Below, piece by piece: positions 56,043-64,000 of a stretch of DNA of 64,000 bases. The notes below the pieces were generated by a model, which worked only from the letters and a program-made list of their open reading frames with translations, was not told the DNA's origin and did not search any database. This DNA comes from a virus (lineage: Duplodnaviria; Caudoviricetes). Every line of letters starts with the position of its first letter. Position 1 is the stretch's first letter. The stretch is from positions 1-64,000 of the IMG/VR virus record IMGVR_UViG_3300030330_004772. One strand, written 5' to 3'. The position numbers were made by a program, and so were the translations under genes.

Positions 56043-56327
56043 ATGAAATATTTTAATAGACATGAATGTATGAGTAAAGAAACTCTAAGGATAATTGGTG
56101 AGGCAACAACGGAACTATTTGGTGTAGATGGTGTTAGCCCTTTTGGTGGTGTAGGTAATATGTTATACGGTTTGTATGACGGTTTTGACTACTCAGATAA
56201 AATTCGTTCACACGAAGATATGGAAACCATTAAAAATCAAAAAATGGATTTGTATGAAAAGATTTTAAATATCTGTAAGGATATAGATACATACCCTAAA
56301 CACGAACATGATGTAACAGTACATTAA
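56043..56327 (+). CDS. Early hypothetical protein
   Basis: 94 aa with its own host-type promoter. Confidence 0.75.
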   Translation: MKYFNRHECMSKETLRIIGEATTELFGVDGVSPFGGVGNMLYGLYDGFDYSDKIRSHEDMETIKNQKMDLYEKILNICKDIDTYPKHEHDVTVH

Positions 56328-56343
56328 AAAAACTTCTAAAAAG

Positions 56344-56374
56344 TTTGGTAGTTTAAAAATTTTTTGTATCTTTA
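56344..56374 (+). promoter_or_regulatory. Bacteroidota-type promoter variant (TTTG-N19-TATCTTTA)
   Basis: Shares TTTGGTAGTTTAAAA with the promoter at 55990. Confidence 0.65.
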
Positions 56375-56394
56375 CAATATCAAATCAAATAACT

Positions 56395-56961
56395 ATGGGA
56401 AATTCAGAAATAACAATCAGAGTACAAAACTACAACGGTAATAACGGATTTATTAATTCATTACAGAATGGGTTAAAAAAATATGGTAAATTAACCGAAA
56501 GACAACTTTTGTCGGCAGGTAAATTTTTTACTAAACTTAATAATCCAACTCAAACACAACAACCTAAAGAGGTTAATGTGGATATCAAAATTACTAAATT
56601 CATTGCTAAGAGAGTTGCGGAAGAGAATGAATTAGAGTTTAGACCTTTTTTAATGACTATTAGTAAGGTTTTGAAAGAGACTGAAAGAGCGTATCAAGTA
56701 GTTGGTAAACTAACTGTCTCAGATGTTTCATCTTGTAGAGTATGTGGTAGAGATTTAACGGATTGGAGATCACAGGCTACTGGTGTAGGACCAGTTTGTT
56801 CTAAAACATTAGGCATACCATATGTAAAGAATGAATTAGATGTTGCAGTTTATAAGAAACTACTTAAAATGAAAATTGATAAAATTGGAGATTTAACTTT
56901 TTGGTTGGCAAAATCACAAATTGTGGAAGGAAGGGAAGATTTAGAAAATAGTCTAAAATAA
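56395..56961 (+). CDS. Early protein with DUF6011-like zinc finger
   Basis: CRVCGRDLTD..S...GVGPVCSK. Confidence 0.7.
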   Translation: MGNSEITIRVQNYNGNNGFINSLQNGLKKYGKLTERQLLSAGKFFTKLNNPTQTQQPKEVNVDIKITKFIAKRVAEENELEFRPFLMTISKVLKETERAYQVVGKLTVSDVSSCRVCGRDLTDWRSQATGVGPVCSKTLGIPYVKNELDVAVYKKLLKMKIDKIGDLTFWLAKSQIVEGREDLENSLK

Positions 56962-56963
56962 AA

Positions 56964-56988
56964 AAACCCTCTTCGGAGGGTTTCTTTT
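56964..56988. terminator. Bidirectional terminator with TTCG tetraloop between convergent genes
   Basis: AAACCCTC-TTCG-GAGGGTTT flanked by A- and T-runs. Confidence 0.85.
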
Positions 56989-57542
56989 TATACTCTTTTT
57001 TTCTTTTTTGTTGGTAGTGGTTTTAATTTACCACCGAATATTGTATCACCTATTTTGATTTTAATATCTTCAGTTACTAAAGATTTATCTAAATACTCTT
57101 CTACAACCTCTCTAACTACATCCCCTATCTCTTCTCTAACTATTTGTCTAATATCATTAGTTTCATAATTAGGTGTAGGTGTTGGTAATGGTTGTTGTGT
57201 GGGTACACTTTCATTTACTAAATCTTGTACATCCGCCAATTCAAAAGTATGATTAGGAGACTCAGGAATCTCTATTGGGTTGTTTACCATTGCGTCTAAT
57301 ACTTCTTTAGGCATTTTAGATGTTTTTAAGTTTCTATATTGTCCCCCTTGTGGTGCAACTGATCTTGTTACCCCTTTACTATGTTTATTAATAAAATTTT
57401 CTGTTAGATTAGGAACTTCTTTCTCAATGTTTGTAGATGTCGGTGTATTACCATTGGAAGTAGTTCCGTGATTTTCTTCTGCCTTTTGCATCACTGCCCT
57501 AGATCTACTTAATATGTCTGCTAATTTATTTGCGTTACTCAT
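56988..57542 (-). CDS. Late hypothetical protein
   Basis: 184 aa; last gene of the minus-strand operon starting at 59645. Confidence 0.75.
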   Translation of the reverse strand: MSNANKLADILSRSRAVMQKAEENHGTTSNGNTPTSTNIEKEVPNLTENFINKHSKGVTRSVAPQGGQYRNLKTSKMPKEVLDAMVNNPIEIPESPNHTFELADVQDLVNESVPTQQPLPTPTPNYETNDIRQIVREEIGDVVREVVEEYLDKSLVTEDIKIKIGDTIFGGKLKPLPTKKKKRV

Positions 57543-57544
57543 AA

Positions 57545-57913
57545 TTAATCAAATTGTGTTATATTATATATTTTTATCATATCTTTATCACCAGTAGGGT
57601 TAAATAATGGTTTAGCCTCGTTAAATGTACCACCTAATGTTCTTAAATTTTGCATTCTATCAACCCTAAACAATTTCCATCCTGGTTGTATAGTTTTAGT
57701 ATCTCCACCTACTTGGTAAACTCTAACTACATCATTTCCTGCTTTCGAAACACCATAACAATACATTTGTATCCATCTTCTACCTTTTCCTCCTGGATCT
57801 TCTTCATCATCATAATTTAATTCCATGATTCTTCGCTTAAACATACCATTCATTATGTCGCCCCTACTAGCAACTTCTAATATAAGACTTTCTGCTAAAT
57901 TGTAAAGTTTCAT
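57545..57913 (-). CDS. Stand-alone WYL-like domain protein with MKLYNLAESLILE leader
   Basis: LNYDDE...RWIQMYCYG...VRVYQ...WKLFRVDRM. Confidence 0.65.
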   Translation of the reverse strand: MKLYNLAESLILEVASRGDIMNGMFKRRIMELNYDDEEDPGGKGRRWIQMYCYGVSKAGNDVVRVYQVGGDTKTIQPGWKLFRVDRMQNLRTLGGTFNEAKPLFNPTGDKDMIKIYNITQFD

Positions 57914-57933
57914 AAATTAATAATTATTCTTAA

Positions 57934-58284
57934 TTAATTATTATTTTGGTTTTGTCCACTAATATAATCAGGATAATAAGGTTTGTTAGGTCCATAACCG
58001 TTTGGTCCTGTAGTTGATCCATACTTAGCTTCGTTTTTCGCTATTAATTGATTTCTACCAGTTCCTGGTTCAGATGGGTTACCGTTTATATCAATATCAG
58101 TACCCCCTTCAGTGGTATTAATTAAATCACTATTTCCACCTGTACCTTTACCTTTATCATCTCCGTCACTCATTGCGTTAGGAACACCTTCACCATATTT
58201 TTTACCATCTGAGTTTTGGTATTCATTTACTCGTAAATTATCTACTCTAAATTTTTCACCTAATTCTTCTAATTTTGTTGGCAT
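57934..58284 (-). CDS. G/N/D-rich hypothetical protein
   Basis: 116-aa ORF in the operon. Confidence 0.7.
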   Translation of the reverse strand: MPTKLEELGEKFRVDNLRVNEYQNSDGKKYGEGVPNAMSDGDDKGKGTGGNSDLINTTEGGTDIDINGNPSEPGTGRNQLIAKNEAKYGSTTGPNGYGPNKPYYPDYISGQNQNNN

Positions 58285-58288
58285 AATT

Positions 58289-58825
58289 TTATATTTTTGA
58301 TTTATATGTTATTAATTCTTTTATTTTTTCTACTTCTTCATAAACTGGTTTACCTCTTTCTATTTGTCCACTTATATCTTTATGTAGTTTTGGTAGTTTA
58401 ATTTGTATAGTGTCTCTATTAACTTTATTTACATTTTTATTATGTGTTTTAATAAACTGATTAGATAATCCTGTTTTACTTTTAATTTCTTTTGGTTTTT
58501 TAATTGCTTCTCTTTCTTTATTGAGTGTAGACTCAACCCAATTATTCATAGTTTTACCACCATTTAATCTATACTCCATGTCTTTATAATCACCATCGAA
58601 AGAATCAAACCAATTTTTAATTCTCTTCATTTGAGCGTATTCTATTTTTTTAACTTCTAAAATACCTCTTGCCCTTTTATAACCTTCAGATGGTTTACCA
58701 TCTTTATTTAAAGATTCATAAGTTTTAACCGCATTAGATAAACAATTAAGTACATAGTCTGGACAATTCCAATACTTACCTCTCAATTCACTATTACCAC
58801 CTTTATTATTCTTTCGATTCGCCAT
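58289..58825 (-). CDS. Basic hypothetical protein
   Basis: 178-aa ORF overlapping the previous stop. Confidence 0.7.
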   Translation of the reverse strand: MANRKNNKGGNSELRGKYWNCPDYVLNCLSNAVKTYESLNKDGKPSEGYKRARGILEVKKIEYAQMKRIKNWFDSFDGDYKDMEYRLNGGKTMNNWVESTLNKEREAIKKPKEIKSKTGLSNQFIKTHNKNVNKVNRDTIQIKLPKLHKDISGQIERGKPVYEEVEKIKELITYKSKI

Positions 58826-59645
58826 ATTTTATTTTATCCCCTAATATTTCTTTATGTTTATCACTTAATTCACTTATCGAAACATTTTTTAATAAATGAT
58901 TTAAAATAATTGCTAATTCTTCTCCGTTAATATCTTCTTTTTCAATTAAATCTAATAATAAATTTAATTTTCTAATAACCATAGGTTTTTCAAAAGTTCT
59001 CTTTAATTCAACTATATCCGCAATCTCCACATCATCACCCACTAAATCTTGTTCGTTAGTTTTTTTAACCATACCTTTATCATCTTTTTTAGATAAAAAC
59101 ATTTCGTCAACTAAACCTTTCATTTTTTCTTCACTTAAATAGTCAAAATTAAATTCTGTATCATAAGGTAAAGAATAACTTGCCCAATCTTCCGAAGGAT
59201 TTAAATCATAATTTGGTGCTTTTGGTTTATAAAAGTGTTTAGTAATATCTTTTTTTGCAAATTTTCTTCCTCTCTCTCTATCATCTCTACTATATTTTTT
59301 CTTAGAAGAATGAAATGCATCTAAATCTTGTAAAGACTCAGGTGATATATCCTCATCCATTAAAGTTGTTTTAGTGTCGCCAGTTGATTCTTCTTCATTT
59401 ACCACATAACTATAATTAATACCGTAATAAGGTCCACCATAAATAAAATATGCTTCAGGACCTTGTGTTGCTCCTCTAACAAAATCATCAGTAGTTTTTT
59501 TAGATTTAATAACTGAAGGAGTTGCCTTGTAATTATCATTTCTATCTATCATAGAACCATCTACATCAATTAATTCATTAATTTCTTCTTCTTTCATTTC
59601 ATTAATATATTTATCAATGTCGGACTTTTTATATGTTTTATTCAT
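58806..59645 (-). CDS. Late hypothetical protein (...KYINE...EINE leader)
   Basis: 279 aa; ATATTTAT upstream on the minus strand (59662-59669). Confidence 0.75.
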   Translation of the reverse strand: MNKTYKKSDIDKYINEMKEEEINELIDVDGSMIDRNDNYKATPSVIKSKKTTDDFVRGATQGPEAYFIYGGPYYGINYSYVVNEEESTGDTKTTLMDEDISPESLQDLDAFHSSKKKYSRDDRERGRKFAKKDITKHFYKPKAPNYDLNPSEDWASYSLPYDTEFNFDYLSEEKMKGLVDEMFLSKKDDKGMVKKTNEQDLVGDDVEIADIVELKRTFEKPMVIRKLNLLLDLIEKEDINGEELAIILNHLLKNVSISELSDKHKEILGDKIKYGESKE

Positions 59646-59706
59646 CTTTAAAGTTTTTTATATAAATATAACAGAAAACTAAATATTTATTATTAAAGTA
59701 TAAAAT

Positions 59707-62007
59707 ATGGCTCAATGTAAAACTAAATATACAACTTTATTAGATTTATCTAGACAAGCAAAAGTAATAACTGGTGATACTGCTTGTTTTGATGGTAAAA
59801 TTCAGGCGGGTATACCGTTTAGTGGTTACCCAACAGGTGTAGATTTAACGACTGTAGTAGAAACTGGTATAATAGATGGGGAAAATGCAATTTTATCTGG
59901 TAATAGTGTAACTACTTTATTTGATGTTGCTAATCCCATATCACCTAATTACTCCACTATTTTTAGTGGTGCGACATATAGTGGAAAAACTTGGACTAAT
60001 CCTGTTTTTTCTGCAAATACAACATTTTTAAGTTTACCAATAACACCTTTAAGTGCAGAAACACAGACGACACCAATATCTTGGACATTAACACAAACTG
60101 GTATGACTGGTGACTATGTTATTGGTACAGAATATACTGGTTATAGTGTAAGCTATAATTTTACAATAAACAATTTAGGTGATTCTATAACTGGTTTAAC
60201 AGGTGCAGTTCAAGTAGCGTATTCTGCACAAAGTTTAGACTATAAAGGTCCTTTAGATTACATTAGTAGTAAAGAAAATATTACGGTAGAAAATAAATTA
60301 ATCACTAATAAATTACAAGTTACACATGGAGCTGACGCATCGACTATTGGTTATGTTTTAAAACAATCAGATAGTGAAGGAAATGTAGAATGGGGTCCAG
60401 ATACAAGTGGTAGCACATCTAATTTTACTGGAAACACATCAGGTAATTGTATTAATGATTTATGGGTAAATAATATTAGTGGTTGTACAACTGATGATTT
60501 AAATATTGGTAGTTCTTCTGGAAATAGAATTAACCTAACTAGTGATCGAATAGCGTTTTTCAGTGAAGACGTAGTGGTAAGGAAAGATTATAATGATATA
60601 ACTGTTTTAGAAGTTAGAAATACAGATACTGGCGCAGAAGCTAGAGCTTCTTTGGGTTTCGCAGCAACTGGATTAGGTGGGGTTATAACTAACGGTGTTT
60701 TAACATATATAGGTGAAAATTTTAATTCGGTAGGTACATTTCAAGGACAATACTTACCAAACTCACTTAATTTAACTACGGGTGGTGGTGCACCAGCGGA
60801 TAGAGCAAATATTAATATTGGTCCTAGATCAACTACTGGAGAAACAAGATTTTTTAGTGGTGGTGATAATTTTGACAACTCAACTTACTTAGGTAAATTT
60901 TCTCCTGATGGTTTATATGTAAAAGGAAATGTTGGTATTGGGACGGATACACCTTTAAGTAAAATACACGTAGACGGTAATATATTAGTTGCCAACCAAT
61001 CTGGGTCAGCTCAACTAACATTAAGTGGTAGTGGGGTGTCAGATGCGGCAATTAATTTTGATAATACCGGTTCTGCCACACCATTCTCACAAATAGTTGG
61101 ACAAACCTTTGGGGCGGGATCATCAGGTAATATAGAATTCAATACTAATCCAGGTGCTGGTTTAACAAAACGTATGACAATATCTACTGGAGGTAGGGTA
61201 GGAATTGGTAATATTAATAATAATGATATTGAACAGAAATTACATGTTGATGAAGGTAATTTATTAGTTGATTTTACAAATGCGAAGTTTAGTACTGATT
61301 TATCGGGTGTATCACCTATAACTAGAATAAGTGCGAAGACTAGTAACAATTTAGTTTCTATGGGTGTATCCACACCTGGTGCTGGTGGTATGAGTTTGGG
61401 TTGTAGAGGTTTAACTGAACCTACTTTTGGTGGGTATGGAAAACAAGGTGACGGTTATATTTATTCTTCTATGGATCAAAATGGGTTGAACATTATTAGT
61501 CAACCAACAAGTCCACAAACAACGGAAGATTATGTTAGGTTTTATGTAGGACAAAATAATGGTGCGGAAGGTACTGCAGATTTACATATACAAGGTAGTG
61601 GTGTAACTAGAGGTTATATAGGTATTCAGACAGAAACCCCTACTACTGAATTGGATGTAAATGGTGATGTTAATATTAGTGGGACTTTAACTGTAGGTAC
61701 TCAAATAATAGGTGGCACTACTACTGTAGATTCTTCTACTGATCCTAATGTAAATAATGTAGATGTAGTATTTTACACTGCAACTGCAGGTGGCGGTACA
61801 ATAACTTTAAATAGTAATATGAATGTGGCAGGAAAAAAGATTACGTTAATAAGAACCTCAACAGTAAACTCTGCTACTTTATCAGGAAGTGGAGGTGCAC
61901 AAATTAACGGATCACTTACTGAATCTTTACCTGTAACAGTTAACTCAGTAGTATCATGTATAAGTGACGGTACGGATTGGTATTGTTATGAAAATAACGT
62001 ATTATAA
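59707..62007 (+). CDS. Tail fibre/spike-like protein
   Basis: T/G/S/N-rich; repeated GNVGIGTDTP / GRVGIGN / GYIGIQTETP..ELDVNG fibre motifs; ATATTTAT at 59683. Confidence 0.75.
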   Translation: MAQCKTKYTTLLDLSRQAKVITGDTACFDGKIQAGIPFSGYPTGVDLTTVVETGIIDGENAILSGNSVTTLFDVANPISPNYSTIFSGATYSGKTWTNPVFSANTTFLSLPITPLSAETQTTPISWTLTQTGMTGDYVIGTEYTGYSVSYNFTINNLGDSITGLTGAVQVAYSAQSLDYKGPLDYISSKENITVENKLITNKLQVTHGADASTIGYVLKQSDSEGNVEWGPDTSGSTSNFTGNTSGNCINDLWVNNISGCTTDDLNIGSSSGNRINLTSDRIAFFSEDVVVRKDYNDITVLEVRNTDTGAEARASLGFAATGLGGVITNGVLTYIGENFNSVGTFQGQYLPNSLNLTTGGGAPADRANINIGPRSTTGETRFFSGGDNFDNSTYLGKFSPDGLYVKGNVGIGTDTPLSKIHVDGNILVANQSGSAQLTLSGSGVSDAAINFDNTGSATPFSQIVGQTFGAGSSGNIEFNTNPGAGLTKRMTISTGGRVGIGNINNNDIEQKLHVDEGNLLVDFTNAKFSTDLSGVSPITRISAKTSNNLVSMGVSTPGAGGMSLGCRGLTEPTFGGYGKQGDGYIYSSMDQNGLNIISQPTSPQTTEDYVRFYVGQNNGAEGTADLHIQGSGVTRGYIGIQTETPTTELDVNGDVNISGTLTVGTQIIGGTTTVDSSTDPNVNNVDVVFYTATAGGGTITLNSNMNVAGKKITLIRTSTVNSATLSGSGGAQINGSLTESLPVTVNSVVSCISDGTDWYCYENNVL

Positions 62008-62009
62008 TT

Positions 62010-63860
62010 ATGAGTAATATTAACCAAAATAATTTCAATAATTGTATGAATTTACAATTAAGTAATTCTGATTATTGGGATTTGTTTATATGTAATGATT
62101 GTGGATGTGGACTAGATCATGATTTTATTTTAGATGAATGTTTAATTGTAGATATTAATATTGATTCAGATGAATGTGTTACAGAAAAAACATTATGTAG
62201 TTTAGTTGGTTGGACAGGAGATACGTGTTTTGAATCTTTGTCTATACCTAAAAGTGGTGTTACATTAAATGATATTGGATTAACAGGTATTGATAATGGA
62301 TTCATTACATATAATTGTAATTCTTCTACCACAGGAAGTACTTTTATTGATACCTATACTGGATCATCGATAACTATATCTTCTGCAGATACTAAATTTT
62401 GTTTTACTAGAGTAAGTGGTTGTACCTATGATTATACATATAATTTTGTATCGTCTGCAAATACTGTAGGTAGGTATGTTGAATTGTGTGGTGGTTTTTA
62501 TCAAGGATTCTTTAAATTATCTGATAGAACATTTTTTAAAAATATTTCTGATAATATGTTTGTTTGGCCGATGGAATGGTTTAATTGTCCACCATCTTGT
62601 GACACTGGTGATACTAAAACAGTAACTGTAGATTGTAGTTGTAATAGTAATAACAATTCTATTTTTATACCGGGAAGTGAAGATGATTGTTTAAATAGTA
62701 ATAACCCACCTTGTAATGGCGAATTAAATCCTAAAAAATCTTATAGGTGTTATAAAGAAGAGAAACCCATTGACTGGAATTATCAAATATTACCTACTCG
62801 TTATGAAAAAGGGTGGACTGCAGAATTTTGGTTAAGAAAAAATACTACCATATGTAGTGGTATAACCGCAACAACATTAAATGATATATACCCTAATAAC
62901 AAAGGTTTATTTTATTATATGGGTACTAGATCAGAAAATAAGTTTTGGGATGTATTCAGTGGTGAAACTGGACACACAACTACTTCAGGTTACCCATTAT
63001 CACCACCTAAAGAGGTAAATGAAGAATTATTAAACAATCCGTTTTTAGTATATCAACCACAAGGTGAATGTTGTTATAGTGGTGTGACATGTGTTAACAA
63101 AGACGAAAGAGATAAAAATTTAGATATTGTAGATAATGCATTAGGATTTAGAATAAAAGATGATGGTTCTATAGGTTATAGATCATTAAGTGTAAGTGGT
63201 GAATGTGTTACTGTAACTTCTAAAACAAATACTGATTGTTGTGAAGATTGTGATTCTGATTGTTGTAAATGTATTAAAACAGGAAGTACTACAACAGAAA
63301 AATATATAACCGGTGTGACTATTAATGAAGAATATTCAGAACCTAATATTATTCCAGATAATGAATGGTTTATGTTAAGTATTAGGTTTTGTGCGTACGA
63401 AGGATATGAATTAGAAGAAATGAAGAACATACCTAGACGTAAAGGTAGGTTAGACTTTTTTGTTAACGGATATTTAAAATATTCTATAAACGACTTTGAT
63501 GAATTTATATTTAAAGATTTAATTGAATATAGAGAAAAACAAGAAGGTGTACCATTTAATTATAGTTTAGGTGGTGGAACACAAGGTTTAATAGAATCTA
63601 ACACAATAGGTGGCCCAGATGAGTTAGACAATAATTTAATAATACAAAATAATTTTGCAGGAACGTTTATCGGTGACATTTCTAGATTTAGATTATATGA
63701 GTGTTGTTTAGATATAACAACCATTAGATATAGATTCAAAGAACTATGTTTAAACTATGGTATTTGTCCACAAGAACTTATATGTTATATTCTTTCGGAA
63801 CAAGATAATATTATTTCTAGTGAAGATGGTGATGATTTCTTAGTGTGGTGTAGTGAATAA
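62010..63860 (+). CDS. Cys-rich putative virion protein with C-terminal LamG/concanavalin-like segment
   Basis: WTAEFWLR...WFMLSI...DFFVNG...FIGDISRFRLYE; C-terminal ILSEQDNIISSEDG motif. Confidence 0.6.
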   Translation: MSNINQNNFNNCMNLQLSNSDYWDLFICNDCGCGLDHDFILDECLIVDINIDSDECVTEKTLCSLVGWTGDTCFESLSIPKSGVTLNDIGLTGIDNGFITYNCNSSTTGSTFIDTYTGSSITISSADTKFCFTRVSGCTYDYTYNFVSSANTVGRYVELCGGFYQGFFKLSDRTFFKNISDNMFVWPMEWFNCPPSCDTGDTKTVTVDCSCNSNNNSIFIPGSEDDCLNSNNPPCNGELNPKKSYRCYKEEKPIDWNYQILPTRYEKGWTAEFWLRKNTTICSGITATTLNDIYPNNKGLFYYMGTRSENKFWDVFSGETGHTTTSGYPLSPPKEVNEELLNNPFLVYQPQGECCYSGVTCVNKDERDKNLDIVDNALGFRIKDDGSIGYRSLSVSGECVTVTSKTNTDCCEDCDSDCCKCIKTGSTTTEKYITGVTINEEYSEPNIIPDNEWFMLSIRFCAYEGYELEEMKNIPRRKGRLDFFVNGYLKYSINDFDEFIFKDLIEYREKQEGVPFNYSLGGGTQGLIESNTIGGPDELDNNLIIQNNFAGTFIGDISRFRLYECCLDITTIRYRFKELCLNYGICPQELICYILSEQDNIISSEDGDDFLVWCSE

Positions 63861-63900
63861 TAAAAATATTAACATATTTATATAAAAAAGAAAAAATAAA

Positions 63901-64000
63901 ATGGGATTTCCAAAAAAAATAAGTCAATTTCCAATTAATCCAGATTTAACGGGTCAGGATTTATTAGTAACAGTTAATGAGTTTGATGTCACTAGTAGAA
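63901..64000 (+). CDS. N-terminal fragment of a late (fibre-like) gene running off the window
   Basis: MGFPKKISQFP...; ATATTTAT at 63874. Confidence 0.6.
   Translation, partial: MGFPKKISQFPINPDLTGQDLLVTVNEFDVTSR

Larger units (their letters stand above)
2104..63881. promoter_or_regulatory. Dispersed candidate phage late promoter ATATTTAT (24 exact intergenic copies, 2 GTATTTAT variants)
   Basis: Plus strand: 2104, 2341, 3872, 4759, 5881, 7577, 7778, 10281, 16310, 18591, 23627, 27631, 29465, 31498, 33119, 33869, 37145, 59683, 63874. Minus strand: 3620, 14749, 39549, 50271, 59662. Variants: 17739 (+), 43528 (-). All are oriented toward a downstream start, including terL, portal, protease and scaffold. 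Confidence 0.7.

Noticed and set aside
1-64000. Stop-codon reassignment (code 15 or 4), common in some large Bacteroidota phages
   Set aside because: Core genes are intact and tightly packed in code 11. TAG (17720, 53322) and TGA (17553, 11529) fall at plausible gene ends next to following genes.
1-64000. Bacterial chromosome or NCLDV origin suggested by clpC, hsp20 and glycosyltransferases
   Set aside because: These genes are interleaved with a complete T4-like head module and share phage promoter motifs; no NCLDV hallmark genes were seen.
1-64000. tRNA, rRNA or large ncRNA genes
   Set aside because: Intergenic gaps are short and AT-rich; I saw no cloverleaf or T-loop signatures. A tRNAscan/Infernal run would be definitive.

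Overview
The window is a 64-kb, strongly AT-rich, densely coding segment of a large T4-like dsDNA tailed phage read in standard code 11. The host is most likely Bacteroidota: eight intergenic TTTG-N19/20-TAnnTT(T/A)(G/A) promoters, no Shine-Dalgarno motifs and Bacteroidota-style signal peptides. It holds a T4-like head module (terminase large subunit, portal, prohead protease, scaffold, major capsid protein), a gp5-like baseplate spike, tail-fibre-like genes and a gp55-like sigma factor. Accessory genes include a ClpC/Hsp20 proteostasis pair, an orphan DNA methyltransferase and a ~12-kb glycosyltransferase cluster with PhoH, dUTPase and a WlbA/WbpB-like dehydrogenase. The main unexplained signal is that about 20 otherwise unrelated late genes share short N-terminal leaders ending in the (I/L)-x-E motif cut by T4-type prohead proteases. 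These genes include an ADP-ribosyltransferase-like enzyme, a zincin, a cell-wall hydrolase, an LRR protein, OmpA-like proteins, a WYL domain and basic micro-peptides. One leader class resembles the scaffold's own C-terminal helix. I infer an 'address-label' system that loads a diverse effector cargo into the capsid. Other notable items are a candidate late promoter (ATATTTAT) that is the reverse complement of the T4 late promoter, a 68-bp promoter-plus-signal-peptide cassette shared by two unrelated secreted genes, and a sigma54-like site with a palindrome upstream of hsp20. All domain calls come from visual motif recognition; no database searches were run.
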